Made by a program: the position numbers and the translations under genes
The notes under the pieces: model-generated
What the model saw: only the letters and a program-made list of their open reading frames with translations
Database searches by the model: none
What the model was told of the DNA's origin: nothing
In this document: positions 1 through 13,640 of the stretch, in pieces
Position numbering within the stretch: position 1 is the first letter of the stretch
Layout: the number at the start of each line of letters is the position of its first letter
Assembly (NCBI GenBank): GCA_012295275.1
Contig: CM022665.1
Span: 35,960,001 to 36,024,000 of the forward strand
DNA length: 64,000 nt
From: Chrysomallon squamiferum
Taxonomy: Eukaryota > Animalia > Mollusca
Direction: 5' to 3'

Positions 1-232
1 GTGCAGTGATATCAAACATTTTTCTCCTAGAAGAAGCCAAGTAGCATATAATGAGATATAATGAATGGACTTCCCAATTGATGACCTTTTTGCCAGTTTT
101 AGAAATTATTTATTAAAGGAAACAGTGAGATCTCGCTGGATTAATATAATAACTTTATAATCTACTACAGATTTTTCAAAGAATAAAGGGTTTCTCCAGG
201 TAGGTAATTATCACTGCTTAACTATAATTAAT

Positions 233-432
233 NNNNNNNNNNNNNNNNNNNNNNNNNNNNNNNNNNNNNNNNNNNNNNNNNNNNNNNNNNNNNNNNNNNN
301 NNNNNNNNNNNNNNNNNNNNNNNNNNNNNNNNNNNNNNNNNNNNNNNNNNNNNNNNNNNNNNNNNNNNNNNNNNNNNNNNNNNNNNNNNNNNNNNNNNNN
401 NNNNNNNNNNNNNNNNNNNNNNNNNNNNNNNN
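233..432. other. Assembly gap (200 N)
   Basis: Run of N from 233 to 432. Linkage of 1-232 to the rest of the window depends on scaffolding. Confidence 0.99.
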
Positions 433-2425
433 GTAACACTATTAATGATGGAATTAAATATGTATTTGTTTTAATGTTTGTGAAATGAAATATAGACATT
501 TTTTACGGCTTGTTTTCTCAGGATGATGAAGAGAGGAAGCTGAAGAGAAGAATCTACACATGCACCTTCTGCTTAAGAATGGTGTAGTCGAAGGACATCA
601 CCGAAATGGTAAACAGAAATGTCTGTACATTTTGTAAAGAACAAATTAATAAAAATTGGAAAAATTTGAAAAAATTTTAATTAAAAAAAAATGGAAAAAA
701 ATATTTGCTTGAAAAAAAAATAAATAAAATGAAAGAAATGAATAGTAATAATATTAGTAAAAAAATAATAGTGATAATATTGATAGTGATAATATTGATA
801 ATGATAGTATCAAAAATTAATTAACATCATCATCATCATGAATGAAGCAAATTTAAGAACAATGATTAAAACAATAAGAGTAATACTAGTAGTCATGGAA
901 TTATTTTTGTATTTGTTTTTATATTTGTTAAATGAAATAATGACATTTCTACGGTTTGTTTTCTCCGGATGAGAAGAGTAAATCGAAGAGGAGAATCTAC
1001 ACATCCACCTTCTGCTCAAGAATGGTGTAGGCGAAGGACATCACCGAAATGATAAAGAGAAATGCCTTCAGGATTAGAAGAAGAAACAGGACAGGAAAAT
1101 CTGCACATGCACCTTCTGCTTAAGAATGGTGTAAGCGAAGGACATCAACGAAATGGTAGACAGAAATGCTTGTACATTTTGTAAAGAACAAGTTTATAAA
1201 AACTGAAAAATTAAAATATTTGCTTGAAAAAAAGTAATTAAAATAAAGTCAGATAAATTAATTTGAATAATAGTAATAATTTTTACAATAATAATCTAAA
1301 TTGTAATAGTGATAATACTGATGATGGCAATAATGAAGTTCGCAAGAGCAATAACAATGATGACATCAACGTCATCTTCATCATCAGATTGAAGAGATTA
1401 GTAAGAATTATCATGATGATGATAGTAATGATGGTAACACTAATGATGATGGAATTAAGTTTGTATTTGTTTTAAAGTTTGTTGAATGAAATAATAAAAT
1501 TTCTACGGTTTGTTTTCTGAGGATGAGAAGACGAAACTGAAGAGGAGAATCTACACATGCACCTTCTGCTTAAGAATGGTGTAGTGAAAGGACATCACCG
1601 AAATGGTAAACAGAAATGCCTGTACATTTTGTAAAGAACATGTTAGTAAAAAGTGAAAAATAAAAATATTTTCTTTAGAAAAAGTTATTAAAATAAAATG
1701 AAATAAATTAATTTTAATAAGAGTACATTTTTTTACAATAATAATGAAAATAGTAATAGTGATAATACTGATGATGAGAATCATACAGCTATTAACAAGA
1801 GAAGTAACAATGATGACATCAATGTGATCATCGTCACTATCAAAGAGAATAATGAGAATTATTATGATAATGATAGTAATGAGAGTAACACTAGTAAAGA
1901 TGGAATTAATTTTGTATTTGTTTTTATGTCAGTTAAAGGAAATACTGACATTTCTACGGTTTGTTTTCTCAGGATGAGAAGACGAAACCGAAGAGGAGAA
2001 TCTACACATGCACCTTCTGCTTAAGCATAGTGTAGTCGAAGGACATCACCGAAATGGAAAACAGAAATGCCTTCTGGATGAGAAGAGGAAACAGAAGAGC
2101 AGAATCTACATATGCACCTTCTAGATAAGAATGGTGTAGTCGAAGGACATCACCGAAATGGTAGAAAAAGTATTAAAATAAAATGAAATATATTAATTTT
2201 AATGGTGGTAAAATGTTTAGAATAAAAATGAAATAGTAATAGTGAGAATACATTGATGATGACAATCATACAGTTAACAGAGCAATTACAACGATGACAT
2301 CAACGTCATCATCATCATTATCAAAGAGAATATTAAGAATTATCATGATGATGATAGTAATGAAGGTAACACTATTAATGATGGAATTAAATATGTATTT
2401 GTTTTAATGTTTGTGAAATGAAATA
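433..2425 (+). repeat. Tandem array of the ~450-550 bp 'R' repeat (exon-shaped ~84-nt core plus AAT/GAT-rich linker)
   Basis: The core GACATTTCTACGGTTTGTTTTCTCAG|GATGAGAAG...ATCTACACATGCACCTTCTGCTTAAGAATGGTGTAGTCGAAGGACATCACCGAAATG|GTAAAC recurs at about 495, 942, 1497 and 1948, with partial extra cores at about 1070 and 2075. Confidence 0.9.
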
Positions 2426-2429
2426 AAAA

Positions 2430-4730
2430 AATTGAAAAAAGAACTAACATAACAGAACGAAGCGTGGTACTATTTAAACGCAGCATTCTTTCAACTTTTA
2501 TTCATAATAAAATATAAAATCGTATGTGGACTGCACTGCTTAGCAGGATAAGAATTTCCATACTGAATTTCTTCATTTAATCACTGAGAAAGGAAACAGA
2601 GAATACTGACTGACTGAAGAAGAAAAAATAATAAATAAAAGATTATGCGAAATATGTTCACTGATATATTTAGAGTCGCCTCGCTTATGCGAGAAGTGTT
2701 CACTTCTATATTTAGAGTTACTTTCCGTATGTGAGAGGTGTTCACTGATATTTAGAGTCGCCTCCCCTATGTGAGATGTGTTCACTGGTATACTTAGAGT
2801 TGCCTCCCTTATGTGAGATGTGTTCACTGGTATTTAGAGTCGTCTCCCCTATGTGAGATGTGTTCACTGGTATATTTGGAGTGGCCTCCCTTATGTGAGA
2901 TGTGTTCACTGGTATTAAGAAAATAAGATAGAAAACTCGAATGCAAAAGCTCAACTAAATAATCAGTGAGAGCAGAGTGTTTAAACTGATTAAAGTATTT
3001 CATAAATAAAGAATAAAGAAATGGTAACACGTAGAAAAAAGAAGGAAGAATGGAATGAAAGATAGGAAATAAAACATGGAAAAGATAGAAAGGAAAGAAA
3101 GAAAGAAAGATAGAAAAGAAAGAAGGCAGTATAGAAAGAAAACAAAGAAGGAAAGAAAGAAAGAAAGAAAGAAAATATTGAAGCAGCTTGAAGAATGAAC
3201 AAAAATTTATAAAAAAAGAAAAGAACTAACATAACAGAACGAAGCGTGGTACTATTTAAACGCAGCATTCTTTCAACTTTTATTCATAATAAAATATAAA
3301 ATCGTATGTGGACTGCACTGATTAGCAGGATAAGAATTTCCATACTGAATTTCTTCATTTGATCACTGAGAAAGGAAACAGAGAATACTGACTGACTGAA
3401 GAAGAAAAAATAATAAATAAAAGATTATGCGAAATATGTTCACTGATATATTTAGAGTCGCCTCGCTTATGCGAGAAGTGTTCACTTCTATATTTAGAGT
3501 TACTTTCCGTATGTGAGAGGTGTTCACTGATATTTAGAGTCGCCTCCCCTATGTGAGATGTGTTCACTGGTATACTTAGAGTTGCCTCCCTTATGTGAGA
3601 TGTGTTCACTGGTATTTAGAGTCGTCTCCCCTATGTGAGATGTGTTCACTGGTATATTTGGAGTGGCCTCCCTTATGTGAGATGTGTTCACTGGTATTAA
3701 GAAAATAAGATAGAAAACTCGAATACAAAAGCTCAACTAAATAATCAGTGAGAGTAGAGTGTTTAAACTCATTAAAGTATTTCATAAATAAATAATAAAG
3801 AAATGGTAACACGTAGAAAAAAGAAGGAAGGATGGAATGAAAGATAGGAAATAAAAGATGGAAAATATAGAAAGGAAACAAAGGAAGAAAGATAGAAAAG
3901 AAAGAAGGAAGTATAGAAAGAAAAGAAAGCAGTAAAGAAAGAAAGAAAAGAAAGAAAGAAAGAAAATATTGAAGCAGCTTGAAGAATGAACAAAAATTTA
4001 TAAAAAAAGAAAAGAACTAACATAACAGAACGAAGCGTGGTACTATTTAAACGCAGCATTCTTTCAACTTTTATTCATAATAAAATATAAAATCGTATGT
4101 GGACTGCATTGATTAGCAGGATAAGAATTTCCATACTGAATTTCTTCATTTGATTACTGAGAAAGAAAACAGAGAATACTGACTGACTGAAGAAAAAAAA
4201 AATAAAATAAAAGATTATGCGAAATATGTTCACTGATATATTTAGAGTCGCCTCCCTTATGCGAGAAGTGTTCACTTCTATATTTAGAGTTACTTTCCCT
4301 ATGTGAGAGGTGTTCACTGGTATTTAGAGTCGCCTCCCCTATGTGAGATGTGTTCACTGGTATACTTAGAGTTGCCTCCCTTATGTGAGATGTGTTCACT
4401 GGTATTTAGAGTCGCCTCCCCTATGTGAGATGTGTTCACTGGTATATTTGGAGTGGCCTCCCTTATGTGAGATGTGTTCACTGGTATTAAGAAAATAAGA
4501 TAGAAAACTCGAATGCAAAAGCTCAACTAAATAATCAGTGAGAGCAGAGTGTTTAAACTCATTAAAGTATTTCATAAATAAATAATAAAGAAATGGTAAC
4601 ACGTAGAAAAAAGAAGGAAGGATGGAATGAAAGATAGGAAATAAAAGATGGAAAATATAGAAAGGAAAAAGAAAGAAAGATAGAAAAGAAAGAAGGAAGG
4701 ATAGAAAGAAAAGAAAGAAGGAAAGAAAAA

Positions 4731-4762
<32 letters not shown>

Positions 4763-7700
4763 AAATATTGAAGCAGCTTGAAGAATGAACAAAAATTTAT
4801 AAAAAAAGAAAAGAACTAACATAACAGAACGAAGCGTGCTACTATTTAAACGCAGCATTCTTTCAACTTTTATTCATAATAAAATATAAAATCGTATGTG
4901 GACTGCATTGATTAGCAGGATAAGAATTTCCATACTGAATTTCTTCATTTCATTACTGAGAAAGAAAACAGAGAATACTGACTGACTGAAGAAAAAAAAA
5001 AAAAAATAAAAGATTATGCGAAATATGTTCACTGATATATTTAGAGTCGCCTCCCTTATGCGAGAAGTGTTCACTTCTATATTTAGAGTTACTTTCCCTA
5101 TGTGAGAGGTGTTCACTGGTATTTAGAGTCGCCTTCCCTATGTGAGATGTGTTCACTGGTATACTTAGAATTGCCTCCCTTATGTGAGATGTGTTCACTG
5201 GTATTTAGAGTCGTCTCCCCTATGTGAGATGTGTTCACTGGTATATTTGGAGTGGCCTCCCTTATGTGAGATGTGTTCACTGGTATTAAGAAAATAAGAT
5301 AGAAAACTCGAATGCAAAAGCTCAACTAAATAATCAGTGAGAGCAGAGTGTTTAAACTGATTAAAGTATTTCATAAATAAATAATAAAGAAATGGTAACA
5401 CGTAGAAAAAAGAAGGAAGGATGGAATGAAAGATAGGAAATAAAAGGATGGAAAATATAGAAAGGAAACAAAGGAAGAAAGATAGAAAAGAAAGAAGGAA
5501 AGAAAGAAAAGAAAGAAAGAAAGAAAGAAAAAGAAAAGAAAGAAGTAAAGAAAGAAAGAAAGAAAGAAAGAAAGAAAAAATATTGAAGCAGCTTGAAGAA
5601 TGAACAAAAATTTATAAAAAAAGAAAAGAACTAACATAACAGAACGAAGCGTGCTACTATTTAAACGCAGCATTCTTTCAACTTTTATTCATAATAAAAT
5701 ATAAAATCGTATGTGGACTGCATTGATTAGCAGGATAAGAATTTCCATACTGAATTTCTTCATTTGATTACTGAGAAAGAAAACAGAGAATACTGACTGA
5801 CTGAAGAAAAAAAAAAAAAATAAAAAAGATTATGCGAAATATGTTCACTGATATATTTAGAGTCGCCTCCCTTATGCGAGAAGTGTTCACTTCTATATTT
5901 AGAGTTACTTTCCCTATGTGAGAGGTGTTCACTGGTATTTAGAGTCGCCTCCCCTATGTGAGATGTGTTCACTGGTATACTTAGAATTGCCTCCCTTATG
6001 TGAGATGTGTTCACTGGTATTTAGAGTCGCCTCCCCTATGTGAGATGTGTTCACTGGTATATTTGGAAGAAAATGTGAAGACTGGTATTAACAAAATAAG
6101 ATAGAAAACTCGAATTCAAAAGCTCAACTAAATAATCAGTGAGAGCAGAGTGTTTAAACTGATTAAAGTATTTCATAAATAAATAATAAAGAAATGGTAA
6201 CACGTAGAAAAAAGAAGGAAGGATGGAATGAAAGATAGGAAATAAAAGATGGAAAAGATAGAAAGGAAAGAAAGAAAGAAAGATAGAAAAGAAAGAAGGA
6301 AGGATAGAAAAAAGAAAAGAAAGAAAGAAAGAAAAGAAAGAAAGAAAGAAAGAAAGAAAGAAAATATTGAAGCAGCTTGAAGAATGAACAAAAATTTATA
6401 AAAAAAAAAAAAGAACTAACATAACAGAACGAAGCGTGGTACTATTTAAACGCAGCATTCTTTCAACTTTTATTCATAATAAAATATAAAATCGTATGTG
6501 GACTGCATTGATTAGCAGGATAAGAATTTCCATACTGAATTTCTTCATTTGATTACTGAGAAAGAAAACAGAGAATACTGACTGACTGAAGAAAAAAAAA
6601 TAATAAATAAAAGATTATGCGAAATATGTTCACTGATATATTTAGAGTCGCCTCCCTTATGCGAGAAGTGTTCACTTCTATATTTAGAGTTACTTTCCCT
6701 ATGTGAGAGGTGTTCACTGGTATTTAGAGTCGCCTCCCCTATGTGAGATGTGTTCACTGGTATACTTAGAGTTGCCTCCCTTATGTGAGATGTGTTCACT
6801 GGTATTTAGAGTCGCCTCCCCTATGTGAGATGTGTTCACTGGTATATTTGGAGTGGCCTCCCTTATGTGAGATGTGTTCACTGGTATTAAGAAAATAAGA
6901 TAGAAAACTCGAATACAAAAGCTCAACTAAATAATCAGTGAGAGCAGAGTGTTTAAACTCATTAAAGTATTTCATAAATAAATAATAAAGAAATGGTAAC
7001 ACGTAGAAAAAAGAAGGAAGGATGGAATGAAAGATAGGAAATAAAAGATGGAAAAGATAGAAAGGAAAGAAAGAAAGAAAGATAGAAAAGAAAGAAGGAA
7101 GGATAGAAAGAAAAGAAAGAAGGAAAGAAAAAAAGAAAGAAAGAAAGAAAGAAAGAAAATATTGAAGCAGCTTGAAGAATGAACAAAAATGAATAAAAAA
7201 AGAAAAGAACTAACATAACAGAACGAAGCATGCTACTATTTAAACGCAGCATTCTTTCAACTTTTATTCATAATAAAATATAAAATCGTATGTGGACTGC
7301 ATTGATTAGCAGGATAAGAATTTCCATACTGAATTTCTTCATTTCATTACTGAGAAAGAAAACAGAGAATACTGACTGACTGAAGAAAAAAAAAAAAAAA
7401 ATAAAAGATTATGCGAAATATGTTCACTGATATATTTAGAGTCGCCTCCCTTATGCGAGAAGTGTTCACTTCTATATTTAGAGTTACTTTCCCTATGTGA
7501 GAGGTGTTCACTGGTATTTAGAGTCGCCTCCCCTATGTGAGATGTGTTCACTGGTATACTTAGAATTGCCTCCCTTATGTGAGATGTGTTCACTGGTATT
7601 TAGAGTCGCCTCCCCTATGTGAGATGTGTTCACTGGTATATTTGGAGTGGCCTCCCTTATGTGAGATGTGTTCACTGGTATTAAGAAAATAAGATAGAAA

Positions 7701-8682
7701 ACTCGAATACAAAAGCTCAACTAAATAATCAGTGAGAGTAGAGTGTTTAAACTCATTAAAGTATTTCATAAATAAATAATAAAGAAATGGTAACACGTAG
7801 AAAAAAGAAGGAAGGATGGAATGAAAGATAGGAAATAAAAGATGGAAAATATAGAAAGGAAAGAAAAAGAAAGATAGAAAAGAAAGAAAGATAGAAGAAA
7901 AAAAGAAAAAGAAAAAAAAAAAAGAAAGAAAAGAAAGAAAGAAAGAAAGAAATATTGAAGCAGCTTGAAGAATGAACAAAAATTTATAAAAAAAAAAAAA
8001 ACTAACATTTAGCGTTCGCAGCATTCTTTCAACTTTTATTCATAATAAAATATAAAATCGTATGTGGACTGCATTGATTAACAGGATAAGAATTTCCATA
8101 CTGAATTTCTTCATTTGATTACTGAGAAAGAAAACAGAGAATACTGACTGACTGAAGAAAAAAAATAAAAATAAAAAGCTTATGCGAAATATGTTCACTG
8201 ATATATTTAGAGTCGCCTCCCTTATGCGAGAAGTGTTCACTTCTATATTTAGAGTTACTTTCCCTATGTGAGAGGTGTTCACTGGTATTTAGAGTCGCCT
8301 CCCCTATGTGAGATGTGTTCACTGGTATATTTGGAGTGGCCTCCCTTATGTGAGATGTGTTCACTGGTATTAAGAAAATAAGATAGAAAACTCGAATACA
8401 AAAGCTCAACTAAATAATCAGTGAGAGTAGAGTGTTTAAACTCATTAAAGTATTTCATAAATAAATAAAAAGAAATGGTAAAACTCGAGAACAAAAAAGG
8501 AAGGATATAATCAGTTAGAGCAGATTCATTTAAACCTTCCTTAAAAAAGTTTTCTAAATAAATAATAAAGAAATGGTAACATTTCTTTAAGGAAGGATTA
8601 ATGAAAGAAGGAAATAAAAAAAGAAAAAGGAAGAAAGAAAAAAAGAAAGAAAGAAAAAAGAAAGAAAGAAAGAAAGAAAAAA

Positions 8683-8718
<36 letters not shown>

Positions 8719-11050
8719 AAATATTGAAGCAGCTTGAAGAATGAACAAAAATTTATAAAAAAAGAAAAGAACTAACATAACAGAACGAAGCGTGGTAGTA
8801 TATAAACGCAGCATTCTTTCAACTTTTATTCATAATAAAATATAAAATCGTATGTGGACTGCATTGATTAGCAGGATAAGAATTTCCATACTGAATTTCT
8901 TCATTTCATTACTGACAAAGAAAACAGAGAATACTGACTGACTGAAGAAAAAAAATAAAAATAAAAGATTATGCGAAATATGTTCACTGATATATTTAGA
9001 GTCGCCTCCCTTATGCGAGAAGTGTTCACTTCTATATTTAGAGTTACTTTCCGTATGTGAGAGGTGTTCACTGGTATATTTAGAGTCGCCTCCCTATATG
9101 AGATGTGTTCACTGGTATTTAGAGTCGCCTCCCCTATGTGAAATGTGTTCACTGGTATATTTGGAGTGGCCTCCCTTATGTGAGATGTGTTCACTGGTAT
9201 TAAGAAAATAAGATAGAAAACTCGAATACAAAAGCTCAACTAAATAATCAGTGAGAGTAGAGTGTTTAAACTCATTAAAGTATTTCATAAATAAATAATA
9301 AAGAAATGGTAACACGTAGAAAAAAGAAGGAAGGATGGAATGAAAGATAGGAAATAAAAGATGGAAAAGATAGAAAGAAAAGAAAGAAAGAAAGATAGAA
9401 AAGAAAGAAGGAAGGATAGAAAGAAAAGAAATAAGGAAAGAAAGAAAGAAAGAAATAAAATATTGAAGCAGCTTGAAGAATGAACAAAAATTTATAAAAA
9501 AAAAAAAGAACTAACATAACAGAACGAAGCGTGGTACTATATAAACGCAGCATTCTTTCAACTTTTATTCATAATAAAATATAAAATCGTATGTGGACTG
9601 CATTGATTAACAGGATAAGAATTTCCATATTGAATTTCTTCATTTGATTACTGAGAAAGAAAACAGAGAATACTGACTGACTGAAGAAAAAAAAAAAAAA
9701 ATAAAAGCTTATCCAAAATATGTTCACTTATATATTTAGAGTCGCCTCCCTTATGCGAGAAGTGTTAACTTCTATATTTAGAGTTACTTTCCCTATGTGA
9801 GATGTGTTCACTGGTATTTAGAGTCACCTCCCCTATGTGAGATGTGTTCACTGGTATATTTGGAGTGGCCTCCCTTATGTGAGTTGTGTTCACTGGTATT
9901 AAGAAAATAAGATAGAAAACTCGAATACAAAAGCTCAACTAAATAATCAGTGAGAGTAGAGTGTTTAAACTCATTAAAGTATTTCATAAATAAATAATAA
10001 AGAAATGGTAACACGTAGAAAAAAGAATGAAGGATGGAATGAAAGATAGGAAATAAAAGATGGAAAAGATAGAAAGAAAAGAAAGAAAGAAAGATAGAAA
10101 AGAAAGAAGGAAGTATAGAAAGAAAAGAAAGAAAGAAAGAAAGAAAATATTGAAGCAGCTTGAAGAATGAACAAAAATGAATAAAAAAAGAAAAGAACTA
10201 ACATAACAGAACGAAGCGTGCTACTATTTAAACGCAGCATTCTTTCAACTTTTATTCATAATAAAATATAAAATCGTATGTGGACTTCATTTATTATCAG
10301 GATAAGAATTTCCATAGTGAACTTCTTCATTTGATTACTGAGAAAGAAAACAGAGAATACTGACTGACTGAAGTAAAAATATTTAGAGTTACTTTCCCTA
10401 TGTGAAAGTTGTTCACTGTTATTTAGAATCGCCTCCCCTATGTGAGATGTGTTCACTGGTCTTTTGAGTCGCCTCCCCTATGTGAGATGTGTTCACTGGT
10501 ATATTTGGAGTGGCCTCCCTTATGTGAGATGTGTTCACTGGTCTTTAGAGTCGCCTCCCCTATGTGAGAGGTGGTCACTGGTATGTAGAGTCACCTCCGC
10601 TATGTGATATGTGTTCACTGGTATATTTAGAGTTGTCTCCGTTATGCGAGATGTGTTCACTGCTATATTTAGAGTCGCCTCCCCTGTGTTACATGTGTTC
10701 ATTGCTATTTTGAGATGTGTTCACTTGTGTATTTAGAGTTGTCTCTGCTATGGGAGATGTGTTCAGTAGTAGAGATAGAGTGGCCTCCCTTATGTGAGAT
10801 GTGTTGACTGGTATACTTAGAGTCACCTCCCTTATGCGTGATGTGTTCACTGGTATGGTTATAGTGGCCTGTCTTATGCGTGATACGTTCACTGCTTTTA
10901 AGAAATTAAGAAAGAAAATTCGATTACAAAACCTGAAATAAACTATGACGATGTATTAACTGATTAAAAATATATCATAAGTAAATAATAAAGAAATCAT
11001 AATACGAAAGAAAAGAAGGCAGGAAAGAATGAAAGAAAGGAAATAAAAGT
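2430..11050 (+). repeat. Higher-order tandem array of about 11 units of ~690-815 bp, each with several (typically 7) copies of a ~38-40 bp sub-repeat and a (GAAA)n tract
   Basis: The anchor GCAGCATTCTTTCAAC recurs at about 2480, 3262, 4054, 4852, 5667, 6452, 7245, 8018, 8808, 9548 and 10234. The sub-repeat is TTTAGAGTCGCCTCCCCTATGTGAGATGTGTTCACTGGTA. The last unit has an expanded, more diverged run of sub-repeats (10380-10895). Confidence 0.97.
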
Positions 11051-12449
11051 GTTAGAGTTCCATAATGACGATGATATGGTGATGATGATGATGATGATGA
11101 TAGTAATAAAAATAATTACCTCATCAACAATACCAGATAGAACAACAGCAGCAATCATTAGCCTTTCTTATATACATCTGCGTTTAGTTTTAGTTGCATA
11201 TGTGTTTGTTGAGTTAGTGGAAAATAAAAATTAAACATTTGTCTTAAAGTGTCTCAGTGATGCGGTTAAATTTATAACAAGTTTATTAATTAAAAAACTA
11301 CACGACTTCATTGCGACGGACATCATGGAAGGATGAAAGTGGAAGATATCATTTATTTTAAAAATGATGCGCAGTTCCAAGAGATATAAATTGTTTGCAT
11401 AGAAAAATTGTTACAGCTGGACAGGAAGAACATCTACACAATTGTGTCGATATCTTATTGTCACCCAGTGTGATAATATGTAGAAAACGCAAAATCTCTG
11501 TAGAACCTGGTGAGTTTGTGATAAACCAGTGAATATCGTTTCTTCAATTAGTTCCATAACAAATGTCCTCTCATATTATCAGAAAAAAAATAAAACAAAC
11601 AATTGTTCTAAAAATGCATTAAGAGCTTATGGATATGACTCAGCTAATGATATTACTCTGATCCACACTAACAGTGCACGGTTTATTAAATATCAGAATT
11701 ATCAAGAAGAGCTGTCGAAACCAAGTTTAACGGATATTTCCTTATCCGATTCTAGCAAATGGCAAAATAAAAGATCGAGATAAAATATGCATTAGAGTTT
11801 AAAGCTTTGCCCAAACCAAATTAAACAGCTAGGGTTTGGCACATGTCGCCGGTTGATATTCACAGCAATACACACGGCTCCGTCGTCTGTTGTATAACAA
11901 TTATGTTCCATTACTGTACACACTGACCTTTAGTTTGTAAACCTATAAATTAATTTATAAGCTTTCGTGTACATATAACATTAAAACAAACCCACACACA
12001 CAGATACAGATCTATATACGTTATATCAGCGGATTTATTTTAAGCCTTTTGTTTTTATATAATTATTGAATTTAGACTAGTTATTTTGTTTGTACTCTTT
12101 GCTGGAATTGTCGTAGGTTTTTAGTTGACGTAACTGTACGTAATTCATTTTTTACATTTTGCTAGAAATCAGCTTTTACTCCTGTTTTTACTCATTGCTG
12201 TAATTTACTGAGTAATTTTGCTATTTGAGGTTTGAGTAGATTTGGGTGGCTGAAACTAAGGGTGGGGATAGAAAAGATGGAATGACCGTTGCAGCTTTTG
12301 TTTGTCTTAGTCATTTTGTGATTTACAAGGCAGAATTTCCTATATTAGTTAACTGTACTGCAAGGATTGCTGAAAAAAAGAGGCTGGATAAACACATTTT
12401 TTAAATGAAACACAACCGGACTCTCTTCCACTAAGACAGAATGACAATT

Positions 12450-12690
12450 TGCTAACCAGGAATGATTAGCCGCTAAGGTGGAATAACTAATCGCTAACGA
12501 GGAAAGTTTAACGTGAAGCAATAAATACCAGACGCTAATCAGGAATGCTTAATCGCAAAGCTGGAAAGACTAACCAGGAATGTTTAAGACGAAGTTGGAA
12601 AGACCAATCGCTAACCAGGAATGTTTAACAGCTAAGCTGAATGACCAGTTGCTAAACAGGAATGTTTAACCTGAAGCTGGAAAGACCAAT
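12450..12690. repeat. Minisatellite with a ~42-bp unit, about 6 copies
   Basis: Units resembling GCTAACCAGGAATGTTTAA...AAGCTGGAAAGACCAATC repeat in tandem. Confidence 0.85.
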
Positions 12691-12939
12691 TGTTTTAAAA
12701 ATGTAGACTTGTATTCTGAGAGCCTCTCTCATCTGATTATTATATATTCTGAACAATCATACTCATCCAATTGGCAGCTTACGCCCATGAATCATCCAAT
12801 ACATCTAATATAAAGACTTTTGATGGAGTTAGTTGACTGTAGCTCGAGGTGTAAGAAAATATTTATAAACACTTGACAATACCGGAGCTGTGCAACATCC
12901 ACTTCCAAGATTATTCCAACGCTTAACAAGTTGACAGAC

Positions 12940-13640
12940 CAGATAAACAATGATTAAGGTAATGAATCAAACAGGGAATTATTAATATAATGAACCAAAC
13001 CAGGGAATTAATATAATGAACCAGACAAGGAATGATTAAGATAATAAACCAGCCAGGGAATGATTAATATAATGAATCAACCAGAGAATCATTAATATAA
13101 TGAACCAGATAAGGAATGAATGATTAAGATAATGAACCAGACAGGAATTATTAATATAATGAACTAAACCAGGGAATTATTAATATAATGAACCAGATAA
13201 GGAATGATCAAGATAATGAACCAGCCAGGGAATGATTAATATAATGAACCAAACCAGGAAATTAATATAATGAACCAGACAAGGAATGATTAAGATAATG
13301 AACCAGCCAGGGAATTATTAATATAATGAACGAAACCAGGGAATTAATATAATGAACTAGACAAGGAATGATTAAGATAAGGAACCAGCCGGGGAATTAT
13401 TAATATAATGAACGAAACCAGGGAATTAATATAATGAACTAGACAAGGAATGATTAAGATAAGGAACCAGCCGGGGAATTATTAATATATTGAACCAGAT
13501 AAAGAATGTTTAAGATAATGAATCAGCCACAGAATTATTAAGATAATGTTCCAGTCAGGGAATGATTAACATAATGAGAAACCAAGGAATGATTAACATA
13601 ATGAACCAACCTGGGAAGGATTAAGATACTGAACCAAATA
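12940..13640. repeat. Minisatellite with a ~25-28 bp unit, about 25 copies
   Basis: Variants ATAATGAACCAGACAAGGAATGATTAAG and ATAATGAACCAAACCAGGGAATTATTAAT alternate in tandem. Confidence 0.93.

Noticed and set aside
522-660. R core read in frame 0 gives a CxxC...CxxC-like peptide (KRRIYTCTFCLRMV*SKDITEMVNRNVCTFCKE)
   Set aside because: The copies I translated carry in-frame stops at differing positions, a Cys codon is lost in at least one copy, and differences are mostly non-synonymous. A decayed zinc-ribbon ancestor cannot be fully excluded.
540-2620. Hammerhead ribozyme / retrozyme, suggested by CTGAAGA in tandem repeats
   Set aside because: CTGAAGA is not followed by a stem II and a correctly placed GAAA/stem III in either repeat family.
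2810-2830. TGTGA-N7-TCACT resembles a bacterial CRP site (TGTGA-N6-TCACA)
   Set aside because: The spacing is wrong and the site has no relevance in an animal genome.
2573-10892. Dozens of 60-140 aa ORFs (MNTSHIREATL..., MLRLNSTTLRS...FFLSFF)
   Set aside because: They are translations of the 40-bp sub-repeat and (GAAA)n tracts. Frames shift between units and there is no domain similarity.
2640-10895. CRISPR-like appearance of the palindromic ~38-40 bp repeats
   Set aside because: The repeats are contiguous with no unique spacers, there are no cas genes, and the context is eukaryotic with spliceosomal introns.
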